This document shows, piece by piece, positions 28,661 through 41,747 of a stretch of 64,000 nucleotides of DNA. The notes under the pieces are model-generated. The model did not search any database and was not told where the DNA came from. It was given only the letters and a program-made list of their open reading frames with translations. Positions within the stretch are counted from its first letter, which is position 1. Every line of letters starts with the position of its first letter. Position numbers and translations under genes: made by a program. The stretch is from assembly GCF_009914755.1 (NCBI RefSeq), contig NC_060935.1. One strand, 5' to 3'. Source of the stretch: the human T2T-CHM13v2.0 reference genome, Homo sapiens.

Positions 28661-29481
28661 TAGCAGAAGCCCTGAAGCCCCAGCTGTGCGTAGTCAGGGC
28701 CACTGCGTTTCAGGACTCCAGGGAGTGCCGTTCCCGTCGCGTACACTGGGAAGGTGCCACCTAAAGTCGGCACAAAGTGGCGGCCCCGAGTGTAGCTCAT
28801 CCTGCATGATAGTGTCTTCTCCAGTCAATATAAACCCTGGGAAGATGCCACGTGTAGTGAAATATTCCTGCAAACTCTATCGACACATGTCAGTTTTCCT
28901 CGATCAGCACAAGAGGAGTGTTCAATAAAACAGCGTATAAGGTTAATTACCAGGGCATTCCACATAGTGCGATCACTTTGTTCGTATCACAACCTTTTAT
29001 ATGTCATGTGTGACAACACTGCAAAGTGGTTTGTACTGTTCATTAATTGTAACTTGGAACTTCCTTCATTTGAAAGTGGTCATTTATAGGCACACGTCCT
29101 CCAGATCCTGAGTAGGTGGAGATTGTTTTAAAAGGGGGATGGGGGTGACAGTTTCCCCACCTGTCTTCACTAACATGCTTGCTTTTTAATTTTTTTCTTT
29201 CTTCCTTCTCTTTTGTCTTTATCCTTCGCTTTCTTTCTCCTTTCCTTCTTCCTTCTGTTGACAAAGGTGAAATGAGTAAGATGCCTTTTAAGGAGCTCTG
29301 GGTGAGTGCACTACCTTCTACTCTAGAAAAATAGAATGAAAATGGGCTGGCTGCAGAAACCAGGAACTTGTCTGATCCCTACGTGTATTATTCCCTTTTC
29401 CTTGTTCTATGCTATTTCTCATGCTGCCTTCGTGCTTTTGATTCCTGACTTTTTTTTATGGATTTTGTATATGCTGGAATT

Positions 29482-29773
29482 CAGAGGCTTTCAACATTTT
29501 TTTGACTGAAGCCCTGTATGAAATAGATTTTATAGCTTCAGCTCAGAACACACACAGAACTATACACTCACATACTCACATAACAAACAAAAGAATCACT
29601 GAATAACATTTAATCTTAAGATGGAGGATGTACTCTGACATTTTATATTCTAATCTGTCTTTTCCTATTTTATTTCATCTATTCAATTTCACTTACAAAA
29701 ACACTCAACCATAGCTCACTAGATTTATTTCATAGCTAATTAATGGATCATAATTGATAATTTGAAAAACTGT
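29482..29773. mobile_element. hAT-Charlie (Charlie4-like) remnant
   Basis: CAGAGGCTTTCAACATTTTTTTGACTG start; CACTAGATTTATTTCAT..TAATGGATCA..TTTGAAAAACTG end. Confidence 0.5.
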
Positions 29774-31469
29774 TTTAAATGATTATTAACTCCTGAATTA
29801 CTCCTGTCTCTTAGTGGTCTTTCATTCCTACCCAATTTCAGCATATGCTTGATTGGATTATTTTCTTGAAATCCAAATGGTGACACCGATAGCATAGATT
29901 AAAGAGCAGATAAAAAAATACAAAAGAGCATGCAAACAAGTTTGAAGTACATTAAGTTGGTCTAAAAAGCTTGAAATCTCACATTTTATTCAATATTTTA
30001 AAAGGTTTTTCCTTATAGTATTGTAATCTCTACCTGTATGTGAAGAAAATCCTGACAGGCTCATGACATTTTTGCTCACTGTTAAGCAGGTATACACACT
30101 GGCCAGTCAGAATGAACACAGGCAGTAGGCAATCTCTGTGACAGTACTGTGGCTGGCTGGTTCAATACCAGATTAGTTCTTAAGCAACAGATCTTCTATT
30201 TAAGTTACAAATGCAATCTGAGTTTGGAAATTAGAATATGCAGTCTAGGATTTTCATCACCATTCTGAACTGAATTTAACATTAAATCAACCCTGCACCA
30301 GTGTGACAGTAACCTTCCTCCCAACCCCCTTGGAACTTGAAGACAGCCTCTGATGGGGCTGGGCAGAGGAACCTAGGAGGAAGGATGGTCACAGGAATAG
30401 GGGCGTCCTTCCCTTCCCCGTAGAGCAATCAGGCCCTGGCAGCTGAGGAAAGGTGCATGTTCATGGCAAAACAACAACATGAGGTCCCACGGATCCTCCT
30501 TGCCATTGTATTTCTCTCACACTCTGGCGGGAGCCTTCTTGGGCAAGACTCAAAGGAGGTCAGGCCCAGCTCTCTTGCTCTGGCATGGCCATGCCTGAGT
30601 GTAGGAAGCATTGCTCACTCAGATTAACTGGGAGTGCAGGCTAATTGGGGCCACCTTCCTATTCCACCTTTCCCTGTGAGTCAGGTTCTGGCCACTTGCC
30701 CTGACACTGACCACTAGAAACTCAGCCTTACAACCTCTCTTGGGAAAAGAAGGAAGCTCCTCCACCCACTACCCCCAGGGGCTGAGTCTGAAAGCACAGT
30801 GATAGCTATTGGTAAAGGAAAACCCATCATATCCTCCCTTGACCCTTTATGTCCTGAAAGCAGGAAAAGTGTAGCACTGTACAGAGTTTTTATTAATTTC
30901 CTTGTGTAATCTACACTGTCTGACCACTTACTTTGGAATTTTCTACCTACTGCATCTTGGCATCTCTGCTATAACTTCAATTTTTCTATCTTGTCATTCT
31001 GTGAAGAGCATTTAAAGTTACATGTGACTATGAAGAAAACATAACGGAATTTTTTGGGGCATTGTAACTCTTTGTATTATTGTAAGCCAGGTCAAATTAA
31101 TTAATTTCAAATTCGTCAATTGCATTTGCATCACTTAATTATATCTTTCTTGACAATAGATCTGTTGTATTTTTTTCTTTACAAAATTCATGTAAACTTG
31201 TTTCAGAATAATCCTTTTATATTTAGGATTCACTACTAAAATAACAGCAAAATGAAATCTGCAGCTCACTCTTTTCAGTCTTCACAAATGAAATCTTAAA
31301 GTAGATATTCCAAAAAAGGAGACTGGGTAGCCTTCTGCTCAGTTACCATAATGGGACTTGGAGGGTCAGGGAAGTTCAAGATAAAAATCCCCACTCCCAA
31401 ATTATTTGCCACACCCAACTTCGTCAAGCTAAGTATGAAGTAAGGGGAGGAAAAGGGAAGGCAGCTGCC

Positions 31470-31828
31470 AGTCATTGCAAGCTGTCATAACGAAGTACCA
31501 TAAACTGGGTGGCTTATGAACAACTAACAGTTATCTCTCACACTTCTGAAGGCTGGAAGTCCAAGATCAAGGGGCCAGCAGACTCTGTTCTGATGAGGGT
31601 CCATTTCTTGCTTCTTGGTTTAGACATCCGTCTTCTCACGGCATCCTTACCTGGCAAAAGAGGATCAGAGAGCTTTCTGGGGTCTCTTTTATAAGGGGAC
31701 TAATCCTATTCCTAAGTTCTCCACCCTCATGCTCTAATCACCTCCCAAAGGCCCCACCTCCATCACACTGGAGGTCATAATTCAACACATGAATTTTGAG
31801 GGAGACACAAACATTCAGTTCATAACAC
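31470..31828 (-). mobile_element. MLT1A/B MaLR LTR
   Basis: ATAACGAAGTACCATAAACTGGGTGGCTTA..GGCTGGAAGTCCAAGATCAAGG..ACAAACATTCAGTTCATAACA. Confidence 0.85.
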
Positions 31829-34176
31829 AGCCAAGTTAAGCCATAAAGTCAGGAAAATAAAGGACCCACCATGGTTCAGGAGATCAGGCTGGAGGTTCAG
31901 GACATCAGGCTGGAGAGAATAAGAAGACTTGGCAGAGCTGCCAAGAGGACCTGCCACTTTCTGTGTTCTTAACAATGGCAGGTACAGTCAATTTCCTAGT
32001 GCACTTGAGCCCGGCTCCAGGTGACCCTGTGTGTCCAGCCCACAGGTACCTAGTCTTCCTGCCTCCTGCTTGCTCCCACCCTCCCCAGGTCTAACAGCCA
32101 GTCATGGGAAGACAACTGTCATTCAGCTTTGATCCAGCATTCCAGGTGGCAATATTTTCCTGTTTTACTTTCTTTTGGTGGAGATTAAAATATTTTTACT
32201 ATTAAGCAGCTACTACCTGAATAATAAGAATCTATTTTTGGGGTGAGGGTTATCGGGGGAGATTATATGGGAGCTCTATGTGAATTGTAGAGGAACACAG
32301 AGAATAAGCGTAAGCTGAGGGCAAAAGATTGCTATTTTAAAAAATGACTTCATCCACTTGTGCATTATAAGGGAGTAGAGGTTTTATCTCAGGGAAGATG
32401 ACTCTTTTGTTTAGGAAAGGCAATTAATAGGCCTTTGGGTTAGGCTCCAAAGCCCAGTCTGCAGTGGAGGATTGAGACAAAAAGGAATTAAATCCTTCTG
32501 CATAATAAAACAAAAACCTGGACCAGAGAGCTGTGTCACATTTAAAGCAGTACAGTCCAAACTGGAATTCCAGGTCTTTGCCAGATCTTCAACAGAGCCC
32601 AAGGTGCTTGAGCACTCAGTGACCCTTGGGAGCTTCTAGATTTCCTTCCTCCAAGGTTGTTTCTTTCACACAAACCATCCCATGTCATCGTCTCCATCTT
32701 GCTTGGAAGATAAAAGTCCATATTCATCTCGCTCCCAGTTCCCGTCATCTTGCAGGACCTCCTACTAATGGGTCAAGCCCCCAGAGCAAGGGCCCTGGAG
32801 GGCATGATCCGTACTCCATGGTGACTGCAGTTCTGAGAATTCTTCCACATGGCTATTGTCTTTTCTCTTCCAGTGAGCAGAGGAAGGTGGGGAAGCTTGG
32901 TAACATGCACCTGCTGAACCCCACATGGGCATGATTGGGACAATTATATGCTTTTACATAGTAATAAGTTGCTATTGTCCTGAAAGTTATTGGAAATTGC
33001 ATGGAAAGGAATGGAATTTAGGCACCCCAGGAGCCTAGGTAGTCTGACAATGATAGGTGCTCTGGGGATAGAGGACAGGACAAGACCATGCCCTGTGGCT
33101 TCAGGGCAATTCCCAAAGACAGGGGAGAGGGGAGCCCCTGTGCTCCGAGACAAATCAGTGACTATTTAGGAATAGTGGCATCTGGAATTAAATTTGATAC
33201 AGTTTCTCTTAGAGCCTAACATTTCCCTCTTTTCTCCAAAACAGCCGTCCTTGAAAATGGATATTTGGGGCATGAGGAGCAGATTGAGGTGAAGAAATGC
33301 AGAGCTAGGATGGCGGAGGGAAGAAGAGGGAGACTGAGAGCCCAGGGGATTCGGAAATCCGGAGGACTGTGCTGGACTTTCTAACAGGAGAGAGCCACTC
33401 AGGAAGACTGGATGACTGGGGCATACTTCGATGATGGAAGAAATGATGGTGATGAAAACCCTCAAGGAAATAATTCACCTCCAGTAACATCAGAGCTGTC
33501 CTTTAGGTTCTGAAGTTAGCACAGGCCCTTATGAGTGGAGGGGCAGCTGTTCATTATCCTTACCTACTCCGCTTCACCCCAAGGTGGTCCCCTGTCTCAC
33601 TGGTGTCAATCAACAGCAAAGATCCTGTCCTCTAACTACCTGCAAAAACACTACTTAAGGTGTCGCCCCCTCTTCATGGGAGTAGACATATTCTCCTTCT
33701 CTCTCTTCCTCTCTCCCCACTCTCCATCTTGTGATTGATTCATCTGACACCTCTGAGATGATCTTTCACTCACAAATACAGATGTTCTTTAAACTTCTAA
33801 TTTTTCCCCTTCATTTGGATCCCTTGCTTAGTTGCTTCAAGAAATGTCTCCCCCCTTTTGTCTTCCTGGCCTCTCAACTTCTTCTTTTCCTCCCTGCCTC
33901 ACCCTGTTTCTCTTGCTCCCTTTCTCAATCAGAAGGGAAAAGCAAAAACCAACTTTAATTACGGGGGATAAGTAGAAGTAGTGCCAGCTATATACCTGTA
34001 TCAAGCAAAAGTCAAGGCATAAGCTTTGAAGTGAAATGAGGTGCATTCAGCAGCCTGAACCATCAGCCTCAACAGCTCTTGACATAACCTAAAGCCTCCT
34101 TCAAGAGCACTGCACCGTCTCCACTACCTCCTCATTCCTGTCCAGTTAATCTTACTTTCCTCAAGAATGAACTTCC

Positions 34177-34258
34177 GTGTGTGTGTATGTATGTGAGAGA
34201 GACAGAGAGAGAAAGAGTGTGTGTGAAAGAGAAAGAGACAGACAGGGAGAGGGAGAGA
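34177..34258 (+). repeat. (TG)/(GA) compound low-complexity repeat
   Basis: Directly visible. Confidence 0.85.
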
Positions 34259-34319
34259 AACATTTTTATTGTTCTACTGTTTGGTTTAATTATGGGTATT
34301 GAACTGTTGTTTTCTACAA

Positions 34320-34480
34320 AGTTTCCTTGCAACTCCATAATACCAGTAGCACATTTTGAGTTAGATGTGCATTTGTGGGCTAGGCTAGAGCACTATTTAT
34401 AACATCGTTTCTATGGGAAAGTTTATTCCAGGTCCCAAGCAACTAACTTAAAAATGAACTTTTTGATTACAACTTGGAAC
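34320..34480. mobile_element. Possible ancient Tigger fragment
   Basis: ATAACATCGTTTCTATGGGAAA..AACTAACTTAAAAATGAACTTTTTG resembles old TcMar-Tigger ends. Confidence 0.35.
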
Positions 34481-36407
34481 AAAGCATATACATTGGAAAG
34501 TGCTTGCTCATGAATATGTAGGCTAGGTTTGTGGGGTAAGTTGGTATACGGTTCAGCTAGCACACTGGCATTTTCTCTACGTTCTCCTACCTGTTCTCAG
34601 CAAACAAATGGCAATTGGTCATGCTCTGGGCAATTTACTGATGCAGAACCACTGGTGACAAGGTAGATGGACCCCTACTTTACTTAAGGGGCTCACATTC
34701 AAGTGCATAGTCCTAGGATCCTGTGAAAGGTGAGTTCCACGGAAATGGTTATTCTTATAGAAATACAATCTACAGAAGGGCTCTGAAGTCAATTTCTTTT
34801 CTGGTAGGCCTTGGGAGGAAGCGTCTTATAATAGCCAACACCCAAGTGCTCTTTTGCGAGCTTATATGGGTAACCTTAAACTAGTCAATTTAACTTTTCA
34901 GACTCTTCACAAGGAGGTTTATCATGAGAAAAAAGAAAGCAGACTTTTACTGGGAAAGTGTAATAAGCATGATATGCATACACACACACCTTTCATTTTA
35001 CAATCCTTGTGATTTATTGGTTGTACTAAAGTTGGTCAATGGAGGATATTTTCCTGAGCTAACAGGAGTTTGTGCCACATGGATTGGAGACTTTAATCTT
35101 CCAAGCATTTACCTCCAGTGATGATCATCTGGGGAAAAAAGAAGTTGCCAGGGCAATGCTGTCCCAGCCCCCAGCTCCCAGAATGAGTCCCCTGTGGAGA
35201 GCCATTTACACTTAGGAAGAAATGTGATCACCTCATGCTTACTGTGGTGTTTGGGGTGATTTGAATTGCAATGTGGTGTATCCAATCCATAGAGTAAAGA
35301 AAACTGAACCAGTATCATTAAAGCTTGAAGTGTTGAAATAAGTGGCCTGGGACTGGCTTCCACGGTGATAAAAGATTCATCTGGTAGCACCAGAGTAAAA
35401 GAAGTCTCACTAAACACTGGCCGGGCAGCTGCTGCTCGGTGTGAGCATCCCGGGGATGCAAGCGTGGGGGAGGTATGTATATATTTTTTTTCTTTCTGGT
35501 CACTGATTTTTCTGTCTTAGATAAATGATTCATTGGAACGCCATTCTCTATTAGGAGAGGATCCAGCTTTCTTCCTTTGAGGGTCAGAAATGTTTACAAA
35601 TTCCTCTAAATTATTTCCCTACTCCCTTAAAAGATAAGGAGTTGATTTGCCTAGGGCTATTGCAAAAGGGTTCTGTCCACAGAGCATTAGCAGCTCCTGA
35701 TATACAGGCACATTTGAAGCGGCTGGCGGCACCACCCTTAATAACACTCTTCTTTACAAAGTGCTCATTGTTAAATATTTATGAAGCCTTGCAAGATGGG
35801 CCCCGATCACTGCTAGGGCAGATATAAGTTCCTTGCTCTCCCCCAGTGCGTGGAGCTGCTCTGCAGAAGGTGGGTGCAGCGTCTTTCCACTCCACCCTTC
35901 TGTGATGCTGCTGAAACTGCATGTCTCTGAGCTGATGAAATCACACACTCAGGGGAGGGCTGCCTGCAGAGGTGCTGGCAACAGAGCCAAAGCGGGAGGG
36001 GTGGGGGGTGGAGGGATGCGCTTCGTTCCCAAGTAAGAGCCAAGGCAGGCTCCCACCATCACAATCTTTTAAATATTAATAGGATCCAAAAATATATTCA
36101 TAAAAAATGAACAAAACTAAAATAAAAGGAAGAGCAATAGACTGGGGAAACGTTTGCTGTAAAGACGAAAAATTAAAGGTTAGTCTTTCTCTCTCATTGC
36201 CCCCCTTCCCCACCACGCGCAGCTCACTTGGGTACACAGCCCTCTGCAACAACAGCAGAGGCGCAGGACCCATTGGGAAGAGAGAAGAGTCGCTGAGCCT
36301 GAATGTGCTGGTGCAACACCTGGGGTCTTGTCGCCTGAAGTTTCCAGGGCAGGAGGCCTGGGAGGAGCCTGAGGTTCTGATCCCAGCACAGGCTCCCAGG
36401 TGAAGCA

Positions 36408-36811
36408 TTTCACTAGCATCCCTGTGAAGAGACCACCAAACAGGCTTTGTGTGAGCAACAAGGCTGTTTATTTCACCTGGGTGCAGGCAGGCTGAGTCTG
36501 AAAAGAGAGTCAGCAAAGGGAGATAGGGGTGGGGCCGTTTTATAAGATTTGGGTAGGTAAAGGAAAATTACAGTCAAAGAGGGGTTGTTCTCTGGCAGGC
36601 AGGAGTGGGGGTCACAAGGTGCTCAGTAGGGGAGCTTTTGAGCCAGGAGAAGGAATTTCACAAGATAATGTCATCAGTTAAAACAGGAACAGGCCATTTT
36701 CATTTCTTTTGTGGTGGAATGTCATCAGTTAAGGCAGGAACTGGCCATCTGGATATGTACGTGCAGGTCACAGGGGATATGATGGCTTAGCTTGGGCTCA
36801 GAGGCCTGACA
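36408..36811 (-). promoter_or_regulatory. 3' LTR7 with poly(A) signal
   Basis: Copy of the 5' LTR; AATAAA on minus strand at 36467-36472; preceded by polypurine tract AAGAAGACAGGAA (36812-36824). Confidence 0.92.
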
Positions 36812-38668
36812 TTCCTGTCTTCTTATATTAATAAGAAAAATAAAATGAAATACTAGTAAAGTGTTGGGACGGCAAAAATTTTGGGGATGGTATGGAGAGA
36901 TAATGGGCGGTGTTTCTCAGGGCTGCTTCGAGCGGGATTAGGGGCGGCGTGGGAACCTAGAGTGAGAGAGATTAAGCTGAAGGAAGATTTTGTGGTAAGG
37001 GGTGATATTGTGGGACTGTTAGAAGAAAGATTTGTCATTTAGAATTATTGGTGATGGCCTGGATATGGTTTTGTGTGAATTGAAAGACTAAACAGAATAA
37101 GAGAAGGAGAAAAACAGGTATTAAAGGTCTAAGAATTGGGAGGACCCAGGACATCTAATTAGAGAGTGCCTAAGGAGGTTCAGCATAGTCCTGCCAGCAG
37201 AGATTATTTATTTACTTCAAGAGTTAAGAGTGGCAGTTTGGGGATAGCACCAGGAGGTATCAGCTGTGATGGCTTGGAGAAGTAGTGTAAACCGGCAGTG
37301 TAAACAAGAGCAGGGCATGTCTGAGTAGTTGAGAACGGTGAATAGGAGTATGACTAGACAGAAGATAGTAGGGATGACAAGTTTTTTGGGGCACAGTCCA
37401 AGATGGTCTGGTGTCTGGAATGAGACTGGGGCCTAATAAAAAGGAGCATCCAAACAGGAGCTCAAATGGACTGTACCCTGTAGCATTCCGAGGACAGGCC
37501 TGAATTCTGAGAAGGGAAAGTGGTGAAAGTATTGTCCAGTCCTTTTTAAATTGGTGGCTGAGCTTGGTGAGCTGTGTTTTTAAAAGACCATTAGTCCGTT
37601 CTACCTTTCCTGAAGACTGAGGACCGTAAGGGATATAAAGGTTTCACTGAATACCAAGAGCCTAAAAAAATGCTTGGTTGATTTGACTAATAAAGGCTGG
37701 TCTGTTATCAGACTGTATAGAGGTGGGAAGCCCAAACTGAGGAATTATGTCTGACAGAAGGGAAGAAATGACCGTGGTGGACTTCTCAGACCCTGTAGGA
37801 AAGGCCTCTACCCATCCAGTGAAAGTGTCTATCTAGACTAAGAGGTATTTTAGTTATCTGACTTGGGGCATGTTGAGTAAAGCTAATTTGCCAGTCCTAG
37901 GCAGGGGCAAATCTCTGAGCTTGATGTGTAGGGAAGGGAGGGGGCCTGAATAATCCCTGAGGAGTAGTAGAATAGCAGATGGAACACTGAGAAGTTATTT
38001 CCTTGAGGATAGATTTCCACTATGGAAAGGAAATGAGAGGTTCTGAGAGGCGGGCTAGTGGCTTGTACTATAGCATAGCCTGCCTTTGCTGGTGTGTGGC
38101 AATTAGGCCTGGTGGAACCACCATCAATAAATCAAGTGTGATCAGGGTGAGAAACAGGGAAGAAGGAAATGTGGGGAAATGGGGTGAACATCAGGCGGAT
38201 CAGAGAGATGCAGTCATGGGGGTCAGGTGTGGTATCAGGAATAATGTGGGAGGCTGCACTGAAGTCGGGGCCAAGAACAATGGTAATTGTGGGATTCAAC
38301 AAAGAGTTAGTACAGCTGAAGGAGCCAGGGAGCAGGCAGTATATGTGTCAGGTGTGAGGAAGAAAATAGATTTTGGAAGTCATGAGAACTGTAGAGAGTG
38401 AGTTGAGCATAGTTTGTGATTTTTAGGGCCTCTAAAAGTATTAAAGCAGCAGCAGCTGCTGCACGCAGACATGAGGGCTAGGCTAAAACAGTAAGGTCAA
38501 GTTGTTTGGACAGAAAGGCTACAGGGTGTGGTCCCAGCTCTTGTGTAAGAATTCTGACCACACTAACCATGCCTAGGAAGGAAAGGAGTTGTTGTTTTGT
38601 AAGGGATTGAGGTTTGGGAGATTAGTCGGACACGATCAGCTGGGAGAGCACGTGTGTTTTTATGAGCA

Positions 38669-39125
38669 TTATGCCGAGATAGGTAACAGATGAGGATGAA
38701 ATTTGGGCTTGACTGAAGTAATGGGGGCTGTCTGTGAAGCCTTGTGGCAGTACAGCCTAGGTAATTTGCTGAGCCTAATGGGTGTCAGGGTCAGTCCAAG
38801 TGAAAGCGAAGAGAAGCTGGGATGAGGGGTGCAAAGGAATAGTAAAGAAAGCATGTTTGAGATCCAGAACAGAATAATGGGTAGTAGAGGCAGGTATTGA
38901 GGATAGGAGAGTATATGGGTTTGGCACCACGGGGTGGATAGGCAAAACAATTTGGTTGATAAGGTGCAGATCCTGAACTAACCTGTAAGCCTTGTCTGGT
39001 TTTAGGACAGGTAAAATGGGGGAATGGTAAGGAGAGTTTATAGGCTTTAAAAGGCCATGCTCTAACAGGCGAGTGATAACAGGCTTTAATCCTTTAAAGC
39101 ATGCTGTGGGATGGGATATTGGCAT
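38669..39125 (-). pseudogene. HERV-H pol (RT N-terminus) remnant
   Basis: SPYHSPILPVLKP, YRLVQDL, VLDLKHAFFTIPL, FAFTW RT motifs; truncated. Confidence 0.9.
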
Positions 39126-39205
39126 TGAGCGGGGTAAGGGTGATTAGGTTTTAATGGGATGGTAAGGAGTGCATGATCGATCACTAAGTGGGGAGTAGAT
39201 GTGTT

Positions 39206-39565
39206 TTATACTTGTGGGTTACGGTGGGGAGATACAAGGGGAGGATGTGAAGGAGGCTTTGAACTGGGGGAAAAGCTGGCAATGAGGTGTGGCTGTAGTC
39301 CAGGAATAGTCAAGGAAGCAGATAATTTAGTTAAAGTGTCTCGGCCTAATAAGGGAACTGGGCAGGTGGGGATAACTAAAAAGGAGTGCTTAAAAGAGTA
39401 TTGTCTATGTTGGCACCAGAGCTGGAAAGTTTTAAGAGGTTTAGAAGCCTGGCCATCAATGCCTACAACAATTATGGAGACAAGGGAAACAGGCCCTTGA
39501 AAAGAAGGTAATGTGGAGTGGGTAGCCTCCATATTGATTAAGACAGGGACAGACTTACCTTCCAC
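39206..39565 (-). pseudogene. HERV-H protease remnant
   Basis: VLINMEATHS in place of the catalytic DTGA motif; PVPLLGRD motif retained. Confidence 0.88.
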
Positions 39566-39671
39566 TGTGAGTGTTACCTGAAGGTCGGCGTCCGTGATGG
39601 TTTAGGGGTCTTCCGAGGCGATTGGGCAGTGTCAGCCTTCAGCTGCTAAGCCGGGAAGATCTGGGAAGGAG

Positions 39672-39974
39672 TCAGAGAGCCTTGGGCCAGAGTTCCAGGG
39701 GCTCCGGGAGTGGCTGCCAGGTGAGTTGAACAGTCCAATTTTCAGTGGGTCCTGCACAGATGGGATGCGGCTTAGGAGGAATCCTGGGCTGCGGGCATTC
39801 CTTGGCCCAGTGGCCAGATTTCCGGCACTTGTAGCAAGCTCCTGGGGTAGGTTCTGGAGGAACGCCTGGCCACTGTGGTTCAGGCGTTTGGAAGTTCTTG
39901 TGTGCTGGAGATGTGGCTGGGGTTTGTCTCACAGTGGAGGCAAGGAATTGCAGCTTTTTTCTATTATTGTACAC
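39672..39974 (-). pseudogene. HERV-H gag nucleocapsid remnant
   Basis: CCHC zinc knuckle CYKCRKSGHWAKEC in ORF track; frameshifted. Confidence 0.88.
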
Positions 39975-40954
39975 CTTGAAGGCCAGGTTAATTAAGTCCT
40001 GTTGTGGGGTTTGAGGGCTGGAATTTAATTTTTGGAGTTTTATTTAATGTCGGGAGCAGATTGGGTAATAAAATGTATATTGAGAATAAGACGGCCTTTT
40101 GACCTTTTAGGGTCTAGGGCTGTAAAGCGTCTCAGGGGTGCTGCCAAACGAGCCATGAACTGGGCTGGGTTTTTATATTTGATGAAAAAGAGCCTAAACA
40201 TTAACTGATTTGGGAGAGGTCGGATAAAGAAAAAGGAGCATTAACCTTGACTACGCCTTTAGCTCCAGCCACCTGTTTAAGAGAAAAATTGCTGGGCAGG
40301 GTGGGGAGGGCTAGTCGTGGAAACAAACTGTAAGACGGACCGGGTGTGAGGAAGGGAGGTGATAAAAGGATTATAGGGTGGAGGAGCGGAGGCTGAGGAA
40401 GAATTGGGACCTAGCTTGGCCTGGCTAGGAGCAGCCCAGGGAGGAGGGGAGAGGTCAGATGGGTCTGTAGAAAGGGAAGATTAGAAAGACTCAGTGACCC
40501 TTGGGGTTGGGACTGAGGGGACAGGTGGGAGGGAAAGAAGGAGGATCTGGGACAAGTCACATTGGGAACAGAGACTAGGAAGGGACCAATGTGTAAAAGA
40601 ATGCCTGGACATCAGGCACCTCAGACTGTTTGCCCATTTTATGACAAGAATTATTTAGATCTTGTAGGATGGAAAAATCAAAAGTGCCATTTTCTGGCTA
40701 TTTGGAACCATTGTCAAGTTTGTATTGGGGTCAAGCAGCCTTGTAGAAGAAAATAAGGCATTTAGGTTTTAGGTCAGGTGTGAGTTGAAGAGGTTTTAGG
40801 TTTTTAAGAACACAGGCTAAGGGAGAAAAAGGAGGAATGGAGGGTGGAATGTTGCCTATAGTGAAGGAGGCAAGCCCAGAGAAAAGAGAGAGTAGAGACA
40901 TGGAGGGAAGGGGTTCAGGGGTTCTTACTCTCCAGAAAAGTGGGAAAGGGGTTG

Positions 40955-41140
40955 AGGCACAGAAATAAGGGGTTGGGGTGCAGAGATAAGAGGTGGGGCA
41001 TGGAAATAAGGGATCAGGGCACAGAGATAAGAGGTCAGGGCATGGAAATGAGGGATGGGGCACAGAGATAAGAGGTTAGGGCATGGAAATAAGGGATTGG
41101 GGCACAGAGATAAGAGGCCGGGGTGTGGAAATAAGGGATC
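40955..41140. repeat. ~42-bp tandem repeat (about 4 copies) in HERV-H leader
   Basis: Repeating GGGCACAGAGATAAGAGG..GGGCATGGAAATAAGGGAT. Confidence 0.9.
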
Positions 41141-41727
41141 GGGGGGTTCTTGCCCCCTAGAAAAGCGGTACTTGCCGCTAAGGGTGAAGGAGAAGGGGTT
41201 GGGGGGTTCTTGCCTCCCAGAAAAGTGGAGAAGGAGTAGAGACATGGAGAGAAGGAGTTGAGGGGTTCTTGCTTCCCAGAAAAGCAGTACTTGCTGCTAA
41301 GGGTGAAGGACCAAGACTGGCATCCCCGTGTGGTCAGATACCTCTGAAACGTGGGTGAATAATCAGAGAGGCATCCCTTCAATGATTAAACACCAAGGGA
41401 AGTCTGCCTTTCCGAGTCCGTGACTGGCACCAGAGTTTTGGGTCCACGGATAAAACGTGTCTCCTTTGTCTCTACCAGAAAATGAAAGGAATTGAAATTA
41501 AGAGAAGGGAGAGATTGAAGGATGGTGCCAAGATTGAAAGGAGAAAGTGGTTGAGGGATAGTGAGAGAGGTTGGAGAAGAGAGTAAGAAGAGTCCACTTA
41601 CCTGATTTAAAATTGGTGAGATGTTCCTTGGGCTGGTGGGTCTGAGGACCCAAGGTCGCAGGTGGATCTTTTTCATGGAGCAAAGAGCAGGAGGACAGGG
41701 GATTGATCTCCCAAGGGAGGTTCCCTG

Positions 41728-41745
41728 ATCCAAGTCACAGCACCA
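41728..41745 (-). other. Primer-binding site, tRNA-His
   Basis: TGGTGCTGTGACTTGGAT vs tRNA-His complement TGGTGCCGTGACTCGGAT (two CpG-type changes). Confidence 0.92.
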
Positions 41746-41747
41746 AA

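Noticed and set aside
36812-37300. Intact HERV-H env
   Set aside because: No long ORF; element length fits the env-deleted class.
38003-38401. Plus-strand ORFs within HERV-H
   Set aside because: Antisense to degraded pol; no protein motifs.
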